Source: Candidatus Bathyarchaeota archaeon
GTDB lineage: Archaea > Thermoproteota > Bathyarchaeia > Bathyarchaeales > Bathycorpusculaceae
DNA length: 64,000 bases
NCBI GenBank assembly: GCA_963782525.1
Contig: CAWAKC010000002.1
Location: forward strand, 1-64,000
Direction of reading: 5' to 3'
Below, piece by piece: positions 29,208-39,108 of the stretch (position 1 is its first letter; each line of letters begins with the position of its first letter). The notes under the pieces are model-generated. The model saw only the letters and a program-made list of their open reading frames with translations, did not search any database and was not told the DNA's origin. A program made the translations under genes and the position numbers.

Positions 29208-29873
29208 TACCTTATCTTACAACTTTTTCTGATTCCCTAAAGTTTCATACGCCTGAGCGTAAATTCTTTAACTCTTATCATTAAATGAAATAAACGAGCT
29301 CCAGATCGATTGATGTTAATTTAATATGCAGGTTTAGTACCTGAAGGGGCAAGGCAATCAAGCATTCAAACCACTTCCTTAAGCCCTTAACGGGAAAGGA
29401 AATTTCACCTCAAATCAAAAGCCAATCCCCGCTTCGAGTTGGGTCTTTTCTAATTGGAACACTTTTTTCAAAAAGAGGCTCTTAACTATTTAGGGTTTAA
29501 GTACTTCCTGATCCAACCTCATTTCCAATATTTATGGTTCGACCATCGGTTTAAACTACGGCTTAGGGCTTAGCCCGCAGCACTCTTAACCTTATTTTGA
29601 CCTTTTTTTAGGCAAATAGGCTAAAAACATATTTGTTTAACCATGCTTGATCATAAACGCAAAAGAATTTTGTTTTTATCTAAACCTAAATGGCTTTAGA
29701 GAAATGATCTCTTTCCCGGACTTCTGTGAAGTGCCTGATATTAATTTGCAATTCATATGTTTTAAATGCAATTCTAGAACCTTTTGTATTCTGTGAAAAT
29801 GAATCAAAGCCAAGACCGAATGAATAATGCTTTAGTGATAGAAAAATTTGGTTAAAAAAATGGGTAGAAATCT

Positions 29874-31657
29874 ATGAATATATTTGCTCTGCTTTCGTTA
29901 ATCGCTAGCATTAGTTGCCTTTTTCTAGGTATAGTAGTATATTCATTTAACAGAAAATCAGTTCTTAACAAAATTTTCTTTTTGACGGCTTTAGCGGCTT
30001 TTTTTTATTCATTTACCACGTTATGATGTGGACAGCAACCAACTTTGCAGGTGCTAATTTCTGGAACAAGATGGGCACCGCCTGGCCTTTTTTCGTGGCT
30101 CTAGTAGTTACGTTTGCATTAGTTTTCACAGAAAGCAATTGGATAAAAAACAAACTAAACTACCTAATTCTATTTTTGCCTGCAGTGGCATTTTGGATTG
30201 TCGATTTATCCACCAGCCTAATAAACGGTCCTCCAGTCATGGAATATTGGGGGTACAATGACGTTGCCTCTGGAACATTGGTTTACTATGGTTCCATCAT
30301 TTGGACCGTAGCTCTGCCAATACTGGCATTTGTTCTATGTTTCAGATACTATCGCAAGGCAGAAGACAACATGCAGAAGCAACGAAGAAAATATGTAACT
30401 ATAGGCTTTGCCATTCCCATAGCTGCATTCATAAGTACTAACATGGTTGCTCGTATGATTCAAATGGGCATTCCAAATCTTGGGTTCATAACTACACTAT
30501 TTTTTAGCGGTTTTGTTGGATACGCTGTTGTGAAATATGACTTATTTACTTTTGATGCCGTATTAGCCGCAGAAAACATACTTATAACAATGCCTGATTC
30601 ACTCATACTTGCCGACGTGAAAGCAAAAATCCTCAGAGTAAATGAGCGTTTAGCCAATTTCATTGGTTATGAAAAAGAGGAATTGATCGGTAAATCAATA
30701 ACAAAATTATGTACAGAAAACGAAGAAAAAACTTGCGCAAGCCTTTTAAAAGAATTAGCAATCGAGAGGATAATTAGAAACCGCGAACTGACCTTCCAAA
30801 GTAAATCCGGCATAAAACTAAACGTATTTTTTTCAGGTTCAATTGTCAAAAGTAAAATGGGACGCGACATCGGAATAGTGTGTATAATACATGATATTAC
30901 CGATATGAAAAAGATGGAGGAAAAACTTGTTAAAACAGAAAAGCTTGCTTCCATAGGCGAACTGGCAGGGCAAATTGGACATGACCTGCGCAACCCTTTA
31001 GCCGGTATTAAAAACGGAATATACCTCATTAGAAAGAAAGACAAGACACTCGCAGAAGCAAAGAAGGAAGAGATTTTTAGAGTGATTGAGAACGCAATTG
31101 AAGATTCAAACAGAATTATCACTAGTTTAGTAGATTATGCAAGCGAGCTTAATCTGCGACCGGAGCAGTGCACTCCTAAGTCGCTTACACTGCATGCGCT
31201 GTCTAACATTCAGGTCCCCGACCACTTGAACGTAATAAACAACACGACTGATGACGTCAAGATGCTCCTTGATGTGCAAAGCATGGAAAAAGTTTTCGCA
31301 AGCATAATAAAAAACGCTATAGAGGCCTCACCAGAAAGCGGAAGCATAAAAATACAAAGCGTGTTGAAGGGACAGAATATTGAAATATCTTTCACCGACT
31401 CCGGAATTGGAATATCCGAAAGCATTTTACCCAAACTCTTCGCGCCGCTTGTAACTACTAAGGCAAAAGGAATGGGTATGAGCCTAGCAATTTGCAAAAG
31501 AATTGTAGAGGCACATGGTGGAAAAATCGGCGTTGAAAGCGCAGTTGGGAAAGAAACAACATTCACAATTAACCTCCCAATCAAACTCTCGAAAAGTGAA
31601 TTCACGCAATTCCAGATGTTTGCAGGAATTGAAATGAAGCAGTCAACCTTTATTTAG
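29874..31657 (+). CDS. Membrane sensor histidine kinase (N-terminal multi-TM, PAS, HisKA, HATPase) with one frameshift near 30020
   Basis: ATG 29874 frame gives MNIFALLSLIAS...FFYSFTT and joins the 30023 ORF if one G is restored; H-box 'GHDLRNPL', 'NAIEA', 'DSGIGI', 'TTKAKGMGMSL'. Confidence 0.85.
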
Positions 31658-31964
31658 CATTCTCGTGAATTCTTTAAACGGAAAATAAACGAGAGGATAG
31701 TGTTTGCTTCAATTCGATTCATGCCAATCTGAATATTTAATATTTTAACGGGCTTCAGCATAACTCGTAAAACTTTTAAACTTATTATGAGCGTATTTTG
31801 GCATATAGGTTACAAATTACGATCGTTTTCGGATGAAATCAACTTTTATTAACTCAGCTCCGAAGGTGAGACCCACATCGATTTGGGGTAAGCCCGGTCC
31901 GGCTCAGACTGCTATCGAGATCATTTAACCTTTTAACGTTGTAGAGTTTGAGTGGAGATGACCC

Positions 31965-31989
31965 GATTAAGATAATTATTATCTTAATC
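31965..31989. promoter_or_regulatory. Perfect 25-bp palindrome
   Basis: GATTAAGATAAT-T-ATTATCTTAATC. Confidence 0.5.
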
Positions 31990-32280
31990 AGTGGAATGAG
32001 CTATTTATCTTCAATGGCTTCCTGAGAGACAGATAATCTGCAATAGTAGTAGCCATCACTTTTTTTGATGAACTAAATTCTGGGAAGGCAAACGTATTAT
32101 GAAGTGGTTCCTTTGCGCTCTTGACTCTTTAGATATGCAGATTTAGTGCTTATCTTATTTTTAATTTAAAATTCGTTTATTTGTGATTCTGAACTTTTAT
32201 AGTCTCTTTTTGTGCCCACAAACCTTCTTAATAGCTTTTTCAGGTTTAACCATCGAGATCAAAGTTGAGGATATCCGAAA

Positions 32281-32450
32281 ATGGTAACTAAACTCCGCAA
32301 GCAACATGAATGCCGGACAAGGACAACCATCAATACAACCATATAATAGTCATTCCAGAAGAGGCAGTCAATGAATTAGGCTGGAATAATGGACAACACC
32401 TAGAGCTTACGATAACAGAGTTGCGATTAATCATTGAGGCAAAAGAATAA
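32281..32450 (+). pseudogene. AbrB/MazE-like DNA-binding protein, frameshifted by one base
   Basis: MVTKLRKQHECRT / KDNHQYNHIIVIPEEAVNELGWNNGQHLELTITELRLIIEAKE; 170 nt, one base short of an intact frame. Confidence 0.65.
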
Positions 32451-32674
32451 GCAATTTCACAGTTGATTCAATGAGCATTATTTCTTTATATTGTGGGTTT
32501 GAGAAAATAGATTTTTGAGCTTTATCCACTTGCTCTATTTTTAAGGTATAATCGCTAAAGAGTGATGTGCAATGATTCTTGTCCCTTTTCGCTCAGCAGT
32601 TTCTTTAGCCTCAAAAGAAAAATACTACTTGTTAATTCAGGTCTACAGAACATAAAGTTGTTAGAGGTACAAAC

Positions 32675-32899
32675 ATGACAAAATGGGAGTATGTCTCAAT
32701 TGCTTTAGTAAAAGGGATTCTGGATGCTGGCGTTAAAACGCAAGAAGAGTTGTTGAATAAATATGGTTTAGATGGGTGGGAATTGGTTTCTATTGTTGCG
32801 CTTCAAATTAATCAAAGTTTTGAAGTGGTTGCTTATCTGAAACGAGAATTAAGAAGCGAAAGCGAACTATCCAATAATGAATCAAAAAATAACAGCTAA
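32675..32899 (+). CDS. DUF4177-like small protein
   Basis: 'KWEY...LNKYGLDGWELVS...YLKR'. Confidence 0.8.
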   Translation: MTKWEYVSIALVKGILDAGVKTQEELLNKYGLDGWELVSIVALQINQSFEVVAYLKRELRSESELSNNESKNNS

Positions 32900-33134
32900 A
32901 AGAAATTGGCCAATCAATCGAAGCCTTATCACTTTCCGTTTAGCTAAAGACCGTTGCCCATACAGCTTACAGTGTGTAGGACAAATTCGTTGTTTGTTTG
33001 ATAACGTTCTAAGAAGGGTTTTTGCAGTTAGATTGCCCATAATCTCGGCGAGGTGTTCCAGGCTAACTGGCTTGTCCTGGCCTTCTTCATTGGTTTCTTG
33101 TAATTTAGTTATTGGTATTTGAGGACTGGCGATT

Positions 33135-33246
33135 TTATTCTTGTTTGTTGATCTATGTTTTTACTGTTTCTTGGACAGCTTTGGATAAGTTGCCTTTTTT
33201 GCCTCCGAATCGCTCTATGGTTTTTAATCTGAACTGTTTTTCTATG
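33135..33246 (-). pseudogene. Truncated copy of the RHH gene at 23246-23389
   Basis: EKQFRLKTIERFGGKKGNLSKAVQETVKT*(TGG>TAG)INKQE; N-terminal strand lost. Confidence 0.75.
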
Positions 33247-33474
33247 TGGTATGGGGGCTAATGGCGATACCAAAGGCCTTCAAAATATGATCCCTTAGAA
33301 GGAAAGATGTTGTCTGCATTTTGTTTTATTATCAGAACATTTAAAATCAAAAAATAAAATTTTAAGGCTTGATTCAATGTTGCCAGTTTGGTGAAAGGAA
33401 TTGGTTCTCGAGTGAAATAGCAACTATTGTGAGCGTTGGGGGACGATTCATTCGTGGGTAGAGCATTTGTGTTG

Positions 33475-33757
33475 TTAATGTCGAGTTTCTTCTTCTATAG
33501 GCAATGCTAGTGTTAGTTCCCGAAAATACTTCAAAACATTAGTGCCGCGTTGTGTAATCGAGAAAACATTGTGTTCCTTTTCGACAATACGTTTTTCGAC
33601 TAAGCCTTGTTTGATTAAGAAGTCCAAGTATTCGTTGAGAATGCTGCAGTTGATGTTGGCCTTGTACATTATATGTGTCAACTTTAATGATCCTCTGTGG
33701 ACCAAAACTTGAAGGATGTTGAACGTATATCTCTGATTTCGATCTTCTACTCTTCAA
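33475..33757 (-). pseudogene. Winged-helix regulator (RRSKLE / HTH_45-like), +1 frameshift near 33720
   Basis: MKSRRSKSEIYV / NILQVLVHRGSLKLTHIMYKANINCSILNEYLDFLIKQGLV. Confidence 0.8.
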
Positions 33758-34023
33758 TTCCTTTCCCCTTACTTAATTATGTATATCTGCATGTTATGAA
33801 ACAGAATACAATAAACTTTGCTGAAATGTTGTTGTTTAATTCGAGCAGTTTTGCTTTTTATTAGCAAATCAGCTGTTAGTATAATAAAATAAATTATTTG
33901 ATACATAAATCTAAAAATAATTAACAAATTGCGGTGAGTTTGTGACTGTGCCGTGCCTACTACAATATTTAATAAGCTTTCAAAATAACTGTAATTTTCC
34001 TTTCTCTGAATAAGGAAATAACC

Positions 34024-34302
34024 GTGACAAAAAAAAGCATACAAGAAAGCGACTTAATTTTTCCCAAAGTCTATATCGGAAAATTTGTTGCTCGTAGAAC
34101 ACCCACACCCATTATCAAGTGTGTCTGCGGCTTCAAAATTTTAGTGGTTCCCGATTTGAAGGCTATGAACCGCGCCATAAAAAAGCATATAGCCGAACAC
34201 AAGCAAGCGGATTATGCTTTAGTGACTGATTCGCTGGAGGAGTTTTTGACAGAGCAGATTCTGACAGCAGCAAGTAAAATGAGCCTGCCAAACGTAAGTT
34301 AG
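34024..34302 (+). CDS. CxC...HxxxH zinc-finger protein ('VPDLKAM' family)
   Basis: 'IKCVCGFKILVVPDLKAMNRAIKKHIAEHK'; paralogs at 60844 and 63694. Confidence 0.8.
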   Translation: MTKKSIQESDLIFPKVYIGKFVARRTPTPIIKCVCGFKILVVPDLKAMNRAIKKHIAEHKQADYALVTDSLEEFLTEQILTAASKMSLPNVS

Positions 34303-34480
34303 TTGAGAAAAGCTTAACCAGGTCTTCCAAAAACTGGGAACAGTAGTCTCTGATCAGTTCTTGACATACATCTCAAACAAAAATTTTAAGAGAATAATAC
34401 CTTTGAGTTATTCCTTAGCCACAAAATCCAGATATGCTAAAATAGTAAACACTTATTAATTTAAATAACTCAATATAATA

Positions 34481-36370
34481 TTGAGTCTTAATATGACATT
34501 AATTAGCACAGCAGAAATGGCTCTTTCAAGTAAAAAGAAAAACATTCGAATTTTACATGTTGATGATGACCCGTGCTTTTTGGAAGTTACACAACAGTCG
34601 CTGACTATGGAGAACCACTTTGACATCGATATTGTCACATCGGTTGATGACGCCCTCAAAAAAATGAAAAATCAAACCTACGATGCAATAGTTTCCGACT
34701 ATGAACTGCCCCAGAAAAACGGATTAGAATTTCTTAAAAGTATCAGAGAACAAGAGAACGAAATTCCTTTTATATTATTTACAGGAAAAGGTCGAGAAGA
34801 AGTTATCATTAAAGCCCTAAATCTAGGCGCTGATAGATACATCAACAAGCATGGGCCCCCTGAAGTAGTTTACTGCGAGTTAGCAGACGCAATAATCAAA
34901 ACTGTAGAACGCAAGAAAAGCAGGCAAAATTTAAAAACGAGTGCAGAAAACTACCGTTTGCTTTTTGAATCGATTGATGAGGGGTTTTGCATATTAGAGA
35001 AAATTAACAAAACTAGCGAATCGCTAGATTTTCTTTTCATTCAAGCCAACAAGGCGTTCGAGACCCAATCTGGAGTCCACGATGTTTTAGGCAAAACCAT
35101 CCGTGAAGTGGTTCCGAGCGAACCGGACGAGTGGGTTGAGACTTACGACACTATTCTCAGAACTGGTAAAGCGATAAGGTTTGAACTTGACCTATTTACT
35201 AAGGGGCATTGGTTGGAACTATATGCCTTTAAAGTTGAAGATGAAACAAATAATCATATTGCCCTGCTGTTCAAGGACATTTCCGAGCGCAAAAAATCAG
35301 AGGAAAAGCTGAAAAATAGCGAAAAAAAGTATCGCGAGCTATCTGAGTCTCTTCCTGAGATTGTTTTTGAAACAGATAATGCAAAAAAAATTACTTTTAT
35401 GAATAAACGTGGACTCGAAATCCTCGGATACTCAATGAATGAACTTATGGAAAGGCGACTCACAGATTTTGTTATTCCTAGAACCAATAACCAAAAATTA
35501 GAACAAGAACTGAATAGAAATAATCAAGAAGAAACAACAGTGGAAAAATACAAAGTCCTAAACAAAGAAGGCACTTCTTTTCCAGCAATAATGTTTACAG
35601 ATCAAACCCCTCAGCAAGAAAACAAGTCTGGGCTGCGCGGGGTTATTATTAACATGAGTGAAACAGTAAAAGAACAAGAGAAACTGACTCTTCTTAACGA
35701 GAAATTGCGTGTTGAAGGTTCATTGGTTAGGCATGATGCAAGAAACAAACTTGCAATCATTGAGGGCAATTTACATTTAGCCAAAAAAAAGTTATCCGAA
35801 GAAAGCGCAACTTACAGTTACCTCAAAAACATTGAATCTTCTTTAAATAGCATTGAGACTATTTTTGATTTTGCGGCAACTTATGAGCGCATTGGTCTAG
35901 AAAAGCTATTGCCTATCAAAGTTGAAAGTGTAATAAAGCAGGCAGTTTCACTTTTTGCCGATACTCCAAAAGTAAGAATAGTTAACGAATGCCAAGGCTT
36001 AACAGTTTTGGCTGATTCTCTTTTGAGTGTAGTGTTCTATAACTTAATAGATAACTCAATCAAACATGGACAAAAAACTGGCAATATCAGAATATATTAT
36101 CGAGAAAATGATGGAAACCTGAAGCTTTTCTACGAAGACGACGGAATTGGTATCCTAGCTGCAATAAGACCTAAACTCTTTGCTGAAAGCATCAGCACGG
36201 GCAAAGGTTCAGGCTATGGTCTTTTCTTGATCAAAAAAGTAACAGAGTTCTATGGCTGGAAAATTGAGGAAACAAGTAAGACCGGTCAAGGAGCTCAATT
36301 TACTATTACGGTTTCTGAGAAAGATGAGCCGAACAAAAAATATTGGATAGAAAAACAAGTTCGGCACTAA
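34481..36370 (+). CDS. Hybrid REC-PAS-PAS-histidine kinase
   Basis: REC 'ILHVDDD...SDYELP...FTGKGREEV...K'; H-box 'RHDARNKL'; 'NLIDNSIKHG', 'EDDGIGI', 'GSGYGL'. Confidence 0.92.
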   Translation: MSLNMTLISTAEMALSSKKKNIRILHVDDDPCFLEVTQQSLTMENHFDIDIVTSVDDALKKMKNQTYDAIVSDYELPQKNGLEFLKSIREQENEIPFILFTGKGREEVIIKALNLGADRYINKHGPPEVVYCELADAIIKTVERKKSRQNLKTSAENYRLLFESIDEGFCILEKINKTSESLDFLFIQANKAFETQSGVHDVLGKTIREVVPSEPDEWVETYDTILRTGKAIRFELDLFTKGHWLELYAFKVEDETNNHIALLFKDISERKKSEEKLKNSEKKYRELSESLPEIVFETDNAKKITFMNKRGLEILGYSMNELMERRLTDFVIPRTNNQKLEQELNRNNQEETTVEKYKVLNKEGTSFPAIMFTDQTPQQENKSGLRGVIINMSETVKEQEKLTLLNEKLRVEGSLVRHDARNKLAIIEGNLHLAKKKLSEESATYSYLKNIESSLNSIETIFDFAATYERIGLEKLLPIKVESVIKQAVSLFADTPKVRIVNECQGLTVLADSLLSVVFYNLIDNSIKHGQKTGNIRIYYRENDGNLKLFYEDDGIGILAAIRPKLFAESISTGKGSGYGLFLIKKVTEFYGWKIEETSKTGQGAQFTITVSEKDEPNKKYWIEKQVRH

Positions 36371-36390
36371 CTTTTAAAAAGGCAAACACT

Positions 36391-37600
36391 ATGATCAACC
36401 TTGAAAGCGATTTTAACCAAAAGAACTTGGAAGAAAATGCTGAAACACCATCAAAAATATTAATTATTGATGACGATGCAGGTCTTGGGGCAATGTTGGA
36501 GGACATTCTTAGTCAAGAAGGGTATCAAACGACAGCTGTTCAAACAGGGGAAGCGGCTATTAAGAAATGTCAGATGCAAACATTTGATGTTGCACTTGTA
36601 GATATAAAACTTCCCGATATGGAGGGAACAGAACTACTTGAATTACTAAAGAAAATTACGCCCACTACTTTACTAATTGTTATGACGGGTTATCCTTCTT
36701 TGGACAATGCTGTTCGATCCTTGAATTTAGGCGTTGACAATTACATTGTTAAACCTTTTAAATCCCAAAAATTGCTGGAGCAAATTAAAGCCCAGCTTGA
36801 AAGACGTCGGTTTACAAGATGGGAGACCCTGCTCAGAAACACGGGGCTGTCGATTTATGAAGCTAAACTCTATTTGACTTTGACTCTGTCTGGGTCTTCG
36901 GAAGTGAGAAGACTCAGTATGACTGCAGGGGTACCAAGAACCAAAGTATATGAAGCCCTAAAGAAACTAAAACAAAGGGGACTTATTAATGAGGTTCCAG
37001 GAGGAACCCAAAGGTTTTCCATTACAAACCCCGAGGGCGCTTTCTCAACCTTTGTTCAAAATTGGAAAAGAGAGATCTTGGAGCGCTCGTCTCTTCTGAC
37101 AGAGTTTGAAAGCGCAATAGCTGTTATGGATTCAATTCATTCAAAGCAGTTGAATCCTCTACAAATAGACTTGCAAAAGGAAGATGTTTGGTATATTAGA
37201 AGCGAGCAGGAAATAAAACAAAGAATAAGCGATATTCTCTCTAAAGTGAAAACCTCGATCTGCATTTTGACAACGGAAGAAGGCTTAGTTTTTTTACATA
37301 AAAATTTTGCAAAGGCACTGGATATTTTGGCTGAGAATGGGGTCAAAATTCTAATAAAAGTTCCAATTGGGCCTTTCAAACAGAAGTTTTGTCAAAGACC
37401 TCAGGGTAAATTACAAAGTGGAAAATGTAAGTTTATCTATTCCTATTTTTTTTATGAAGGTGGACAAGACAGAGGTTTTTTTCGATTGCCTCAAGAACGA
37501 TGCGAATGAAAACGTCGATGGAAAAGTAGTCGGATTATTTTGTAGTAGTGAAACCCTTTGTTCTTTCTTTTCCGACATTTTTTTCCGCACTAAAACTTAA
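36391..37600 (+). CDS. Response regulator REC fused to a TrmB-type HTH and C-terminal domain; +1 frameshift near 37370
   Basis: REC 'IIDDD...VDIKLPD...MTGY...KPF'; TrmB 'GLSIYEAKLYLTL...GVPRTKVYEALKKL..RGLI'; continues into the 37367 ORF. Confidence 0.85.
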
Positions 37601-37858
37601 AATTAATGTGAAGCTTGTTTTCACAATATTACATAAATGATTCAATAGCTATTCATGAAATAAAAAATGTTTCTTCGGTGAATCCAAAAATTTTCTTGGG
37701 ATAAATGTTTCGTGATTTACAGGGAATTGTTTAACAATGACTTTTGGAGAATCGAGTTTTAAGTTTTTGCTTGTCACTGAGGCTTGCGTTTTGCTCAGTC
37801 ACAGTAAGTTTAACCTGATCATTGCTGTACACAAATACACTCGGGAGACATAAGACTC

Positions 37859-38221
37859 ATGGTTTCACAAGATAACAGTGGAGAAAAGAACACGCCCTCG
37901 CCTAAACTTGAAAGTCGAACAAATCTTGAAATTTTGGTGAACACACTAAGTCTGATATCTATAAGTCCGTCAACATTAAATGAACTAGCGAGCGAAGAAA
38001 GGATTTCCAACAAAAACATGGCTACTTATTTGGGTTTTCTCTTAAATCAAGGTTTGATTTACAAAACAAACCAAGGCAAGAAATTAACTGCTGTTTTTTC
38101 CTTGACTCAACGAGGCATTACTGCATTGAAGACCTTCAGACCCCTTGAGAAGAAAAGCCAAATAGAGTTTGAATCCGAAGAGAAAAAATGGGCAATCAGC
38201 AAACTGGTGAAAAGAAATTGA
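37859..38221 (+). CDS. Diverged winged-helix regulator (same family as 38188)
   Basis: 'SRTNLEILVNTL...YLGFLLNQGLI...FSLTQRGITALKTF'. Confidence 0.65.
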   Translation: MVSQDNSGEKNTPSPKLESRTNLEILVNTLSLISISPSTLNELASEERISNKNMATYLGFLLNQGLIYKTNQGKKLTAVFSLTQRGITALKTFRPLEKKSQIEFESEEKKWAISKLVKRN

Positions 38222-38502
38222 GACGTTCAAAACTAGAAACGTATATTGATATCCTCAACGTGTTAGCACGCAAAGGACCATTGAAGTTAACACACGTAAT
38301 GTACAAAGCTAACCTCAACAGTAATGTGGTCAAAGAGAATTTGGTCTTTCTAATCAAACAGCACCTGGTTGAAGAACGAACTATTGCGAGAAGTCAAGTA
38401 GTTTTCACGGTGACACAACGTGGAATAACTGTGCTGAACTACTTCCGAGAACTCACCCAAGTTTTACCAATTATAGAAACCAAAAATAGAACGCTTGCTT
38501 GA
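38188..38502 (+). CDS. Winged-helix regulator (RRSKLE / HTH_45-like)
   Basis: 'RRSKLETYIDILNVL..KGPLKLTHVMYKANLN...TQRGITVLNYFREL'. Confidence 0.85.
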   Translation: MGNQQTGEKKLRRSKLETYIDILNVLARKGPLKLTHVMYKANLNSNVVKENLVFLIKQHLVEERTIARSQVVFTVTQRGITVLNYFRELTQVLPIIETKNRTLA

Positions 38503-39108
38503 GGCACTGAATTTTTTCAGACACACGCTCTTCTAAAATTACACCTACCTTTTCTTTATTTCATAGAGTTCTTTGTTATCGAATCTGTAACTGAATTAAG
38601 AAAGCAATTTCACAAAATTTAAGAAATTATTGTTTGGCAAAAACAACTTCAAAGTGGTTTTTTAAATTTTCGCTTCTTTACCTTTTCTCTCGAGCTGCTT
38701 TTTAGTCAATTTTTTGCAGTATGCGGTTGGAGAGGTCTATGCTTACCCTGTTTGTTCGTCAGTCTTCCAGTTGATTTAGGTATTTATTTAACAATTGTTG
38801 TAAAGTTTTAATAATGTTTTTACAACTGAATTTTCGGCAAAATAAGGCACTTCTCTTTTGATGACAACTGGAAATCTATGAAATTGACATGTTTGGCTTT
38901 GGAATTGACTTGTATACATTCTTAATAGTTTCATACTTTGCCGTGATCTTCTCAGCGAAGGCATACTTTATGTTGAGTACAATCCGCTCGTAACCATCTT
39001 CACATTGGGAATTAAAATAAGATATTAGCCGGTTGCATTTGTATTGTGAATTCACAAACAATTAATAAGTCTTAAGATGATTCAATCTGTATTGTCTGGG
39101 ATTATTGT

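Noticed and set aside
32877-33122. 81-aa plus-strand ORF
   Set aside because: Antisense shadow of the duplicated RHH-downstream remnant
33769-34044. Minus-strand ORF here and 61306-61593 ORF in the wHTH/Zn-finger intergenic regions
   Set aside because: They lie on opposite strands relative to the homologous DNA, so conservation is non-coding
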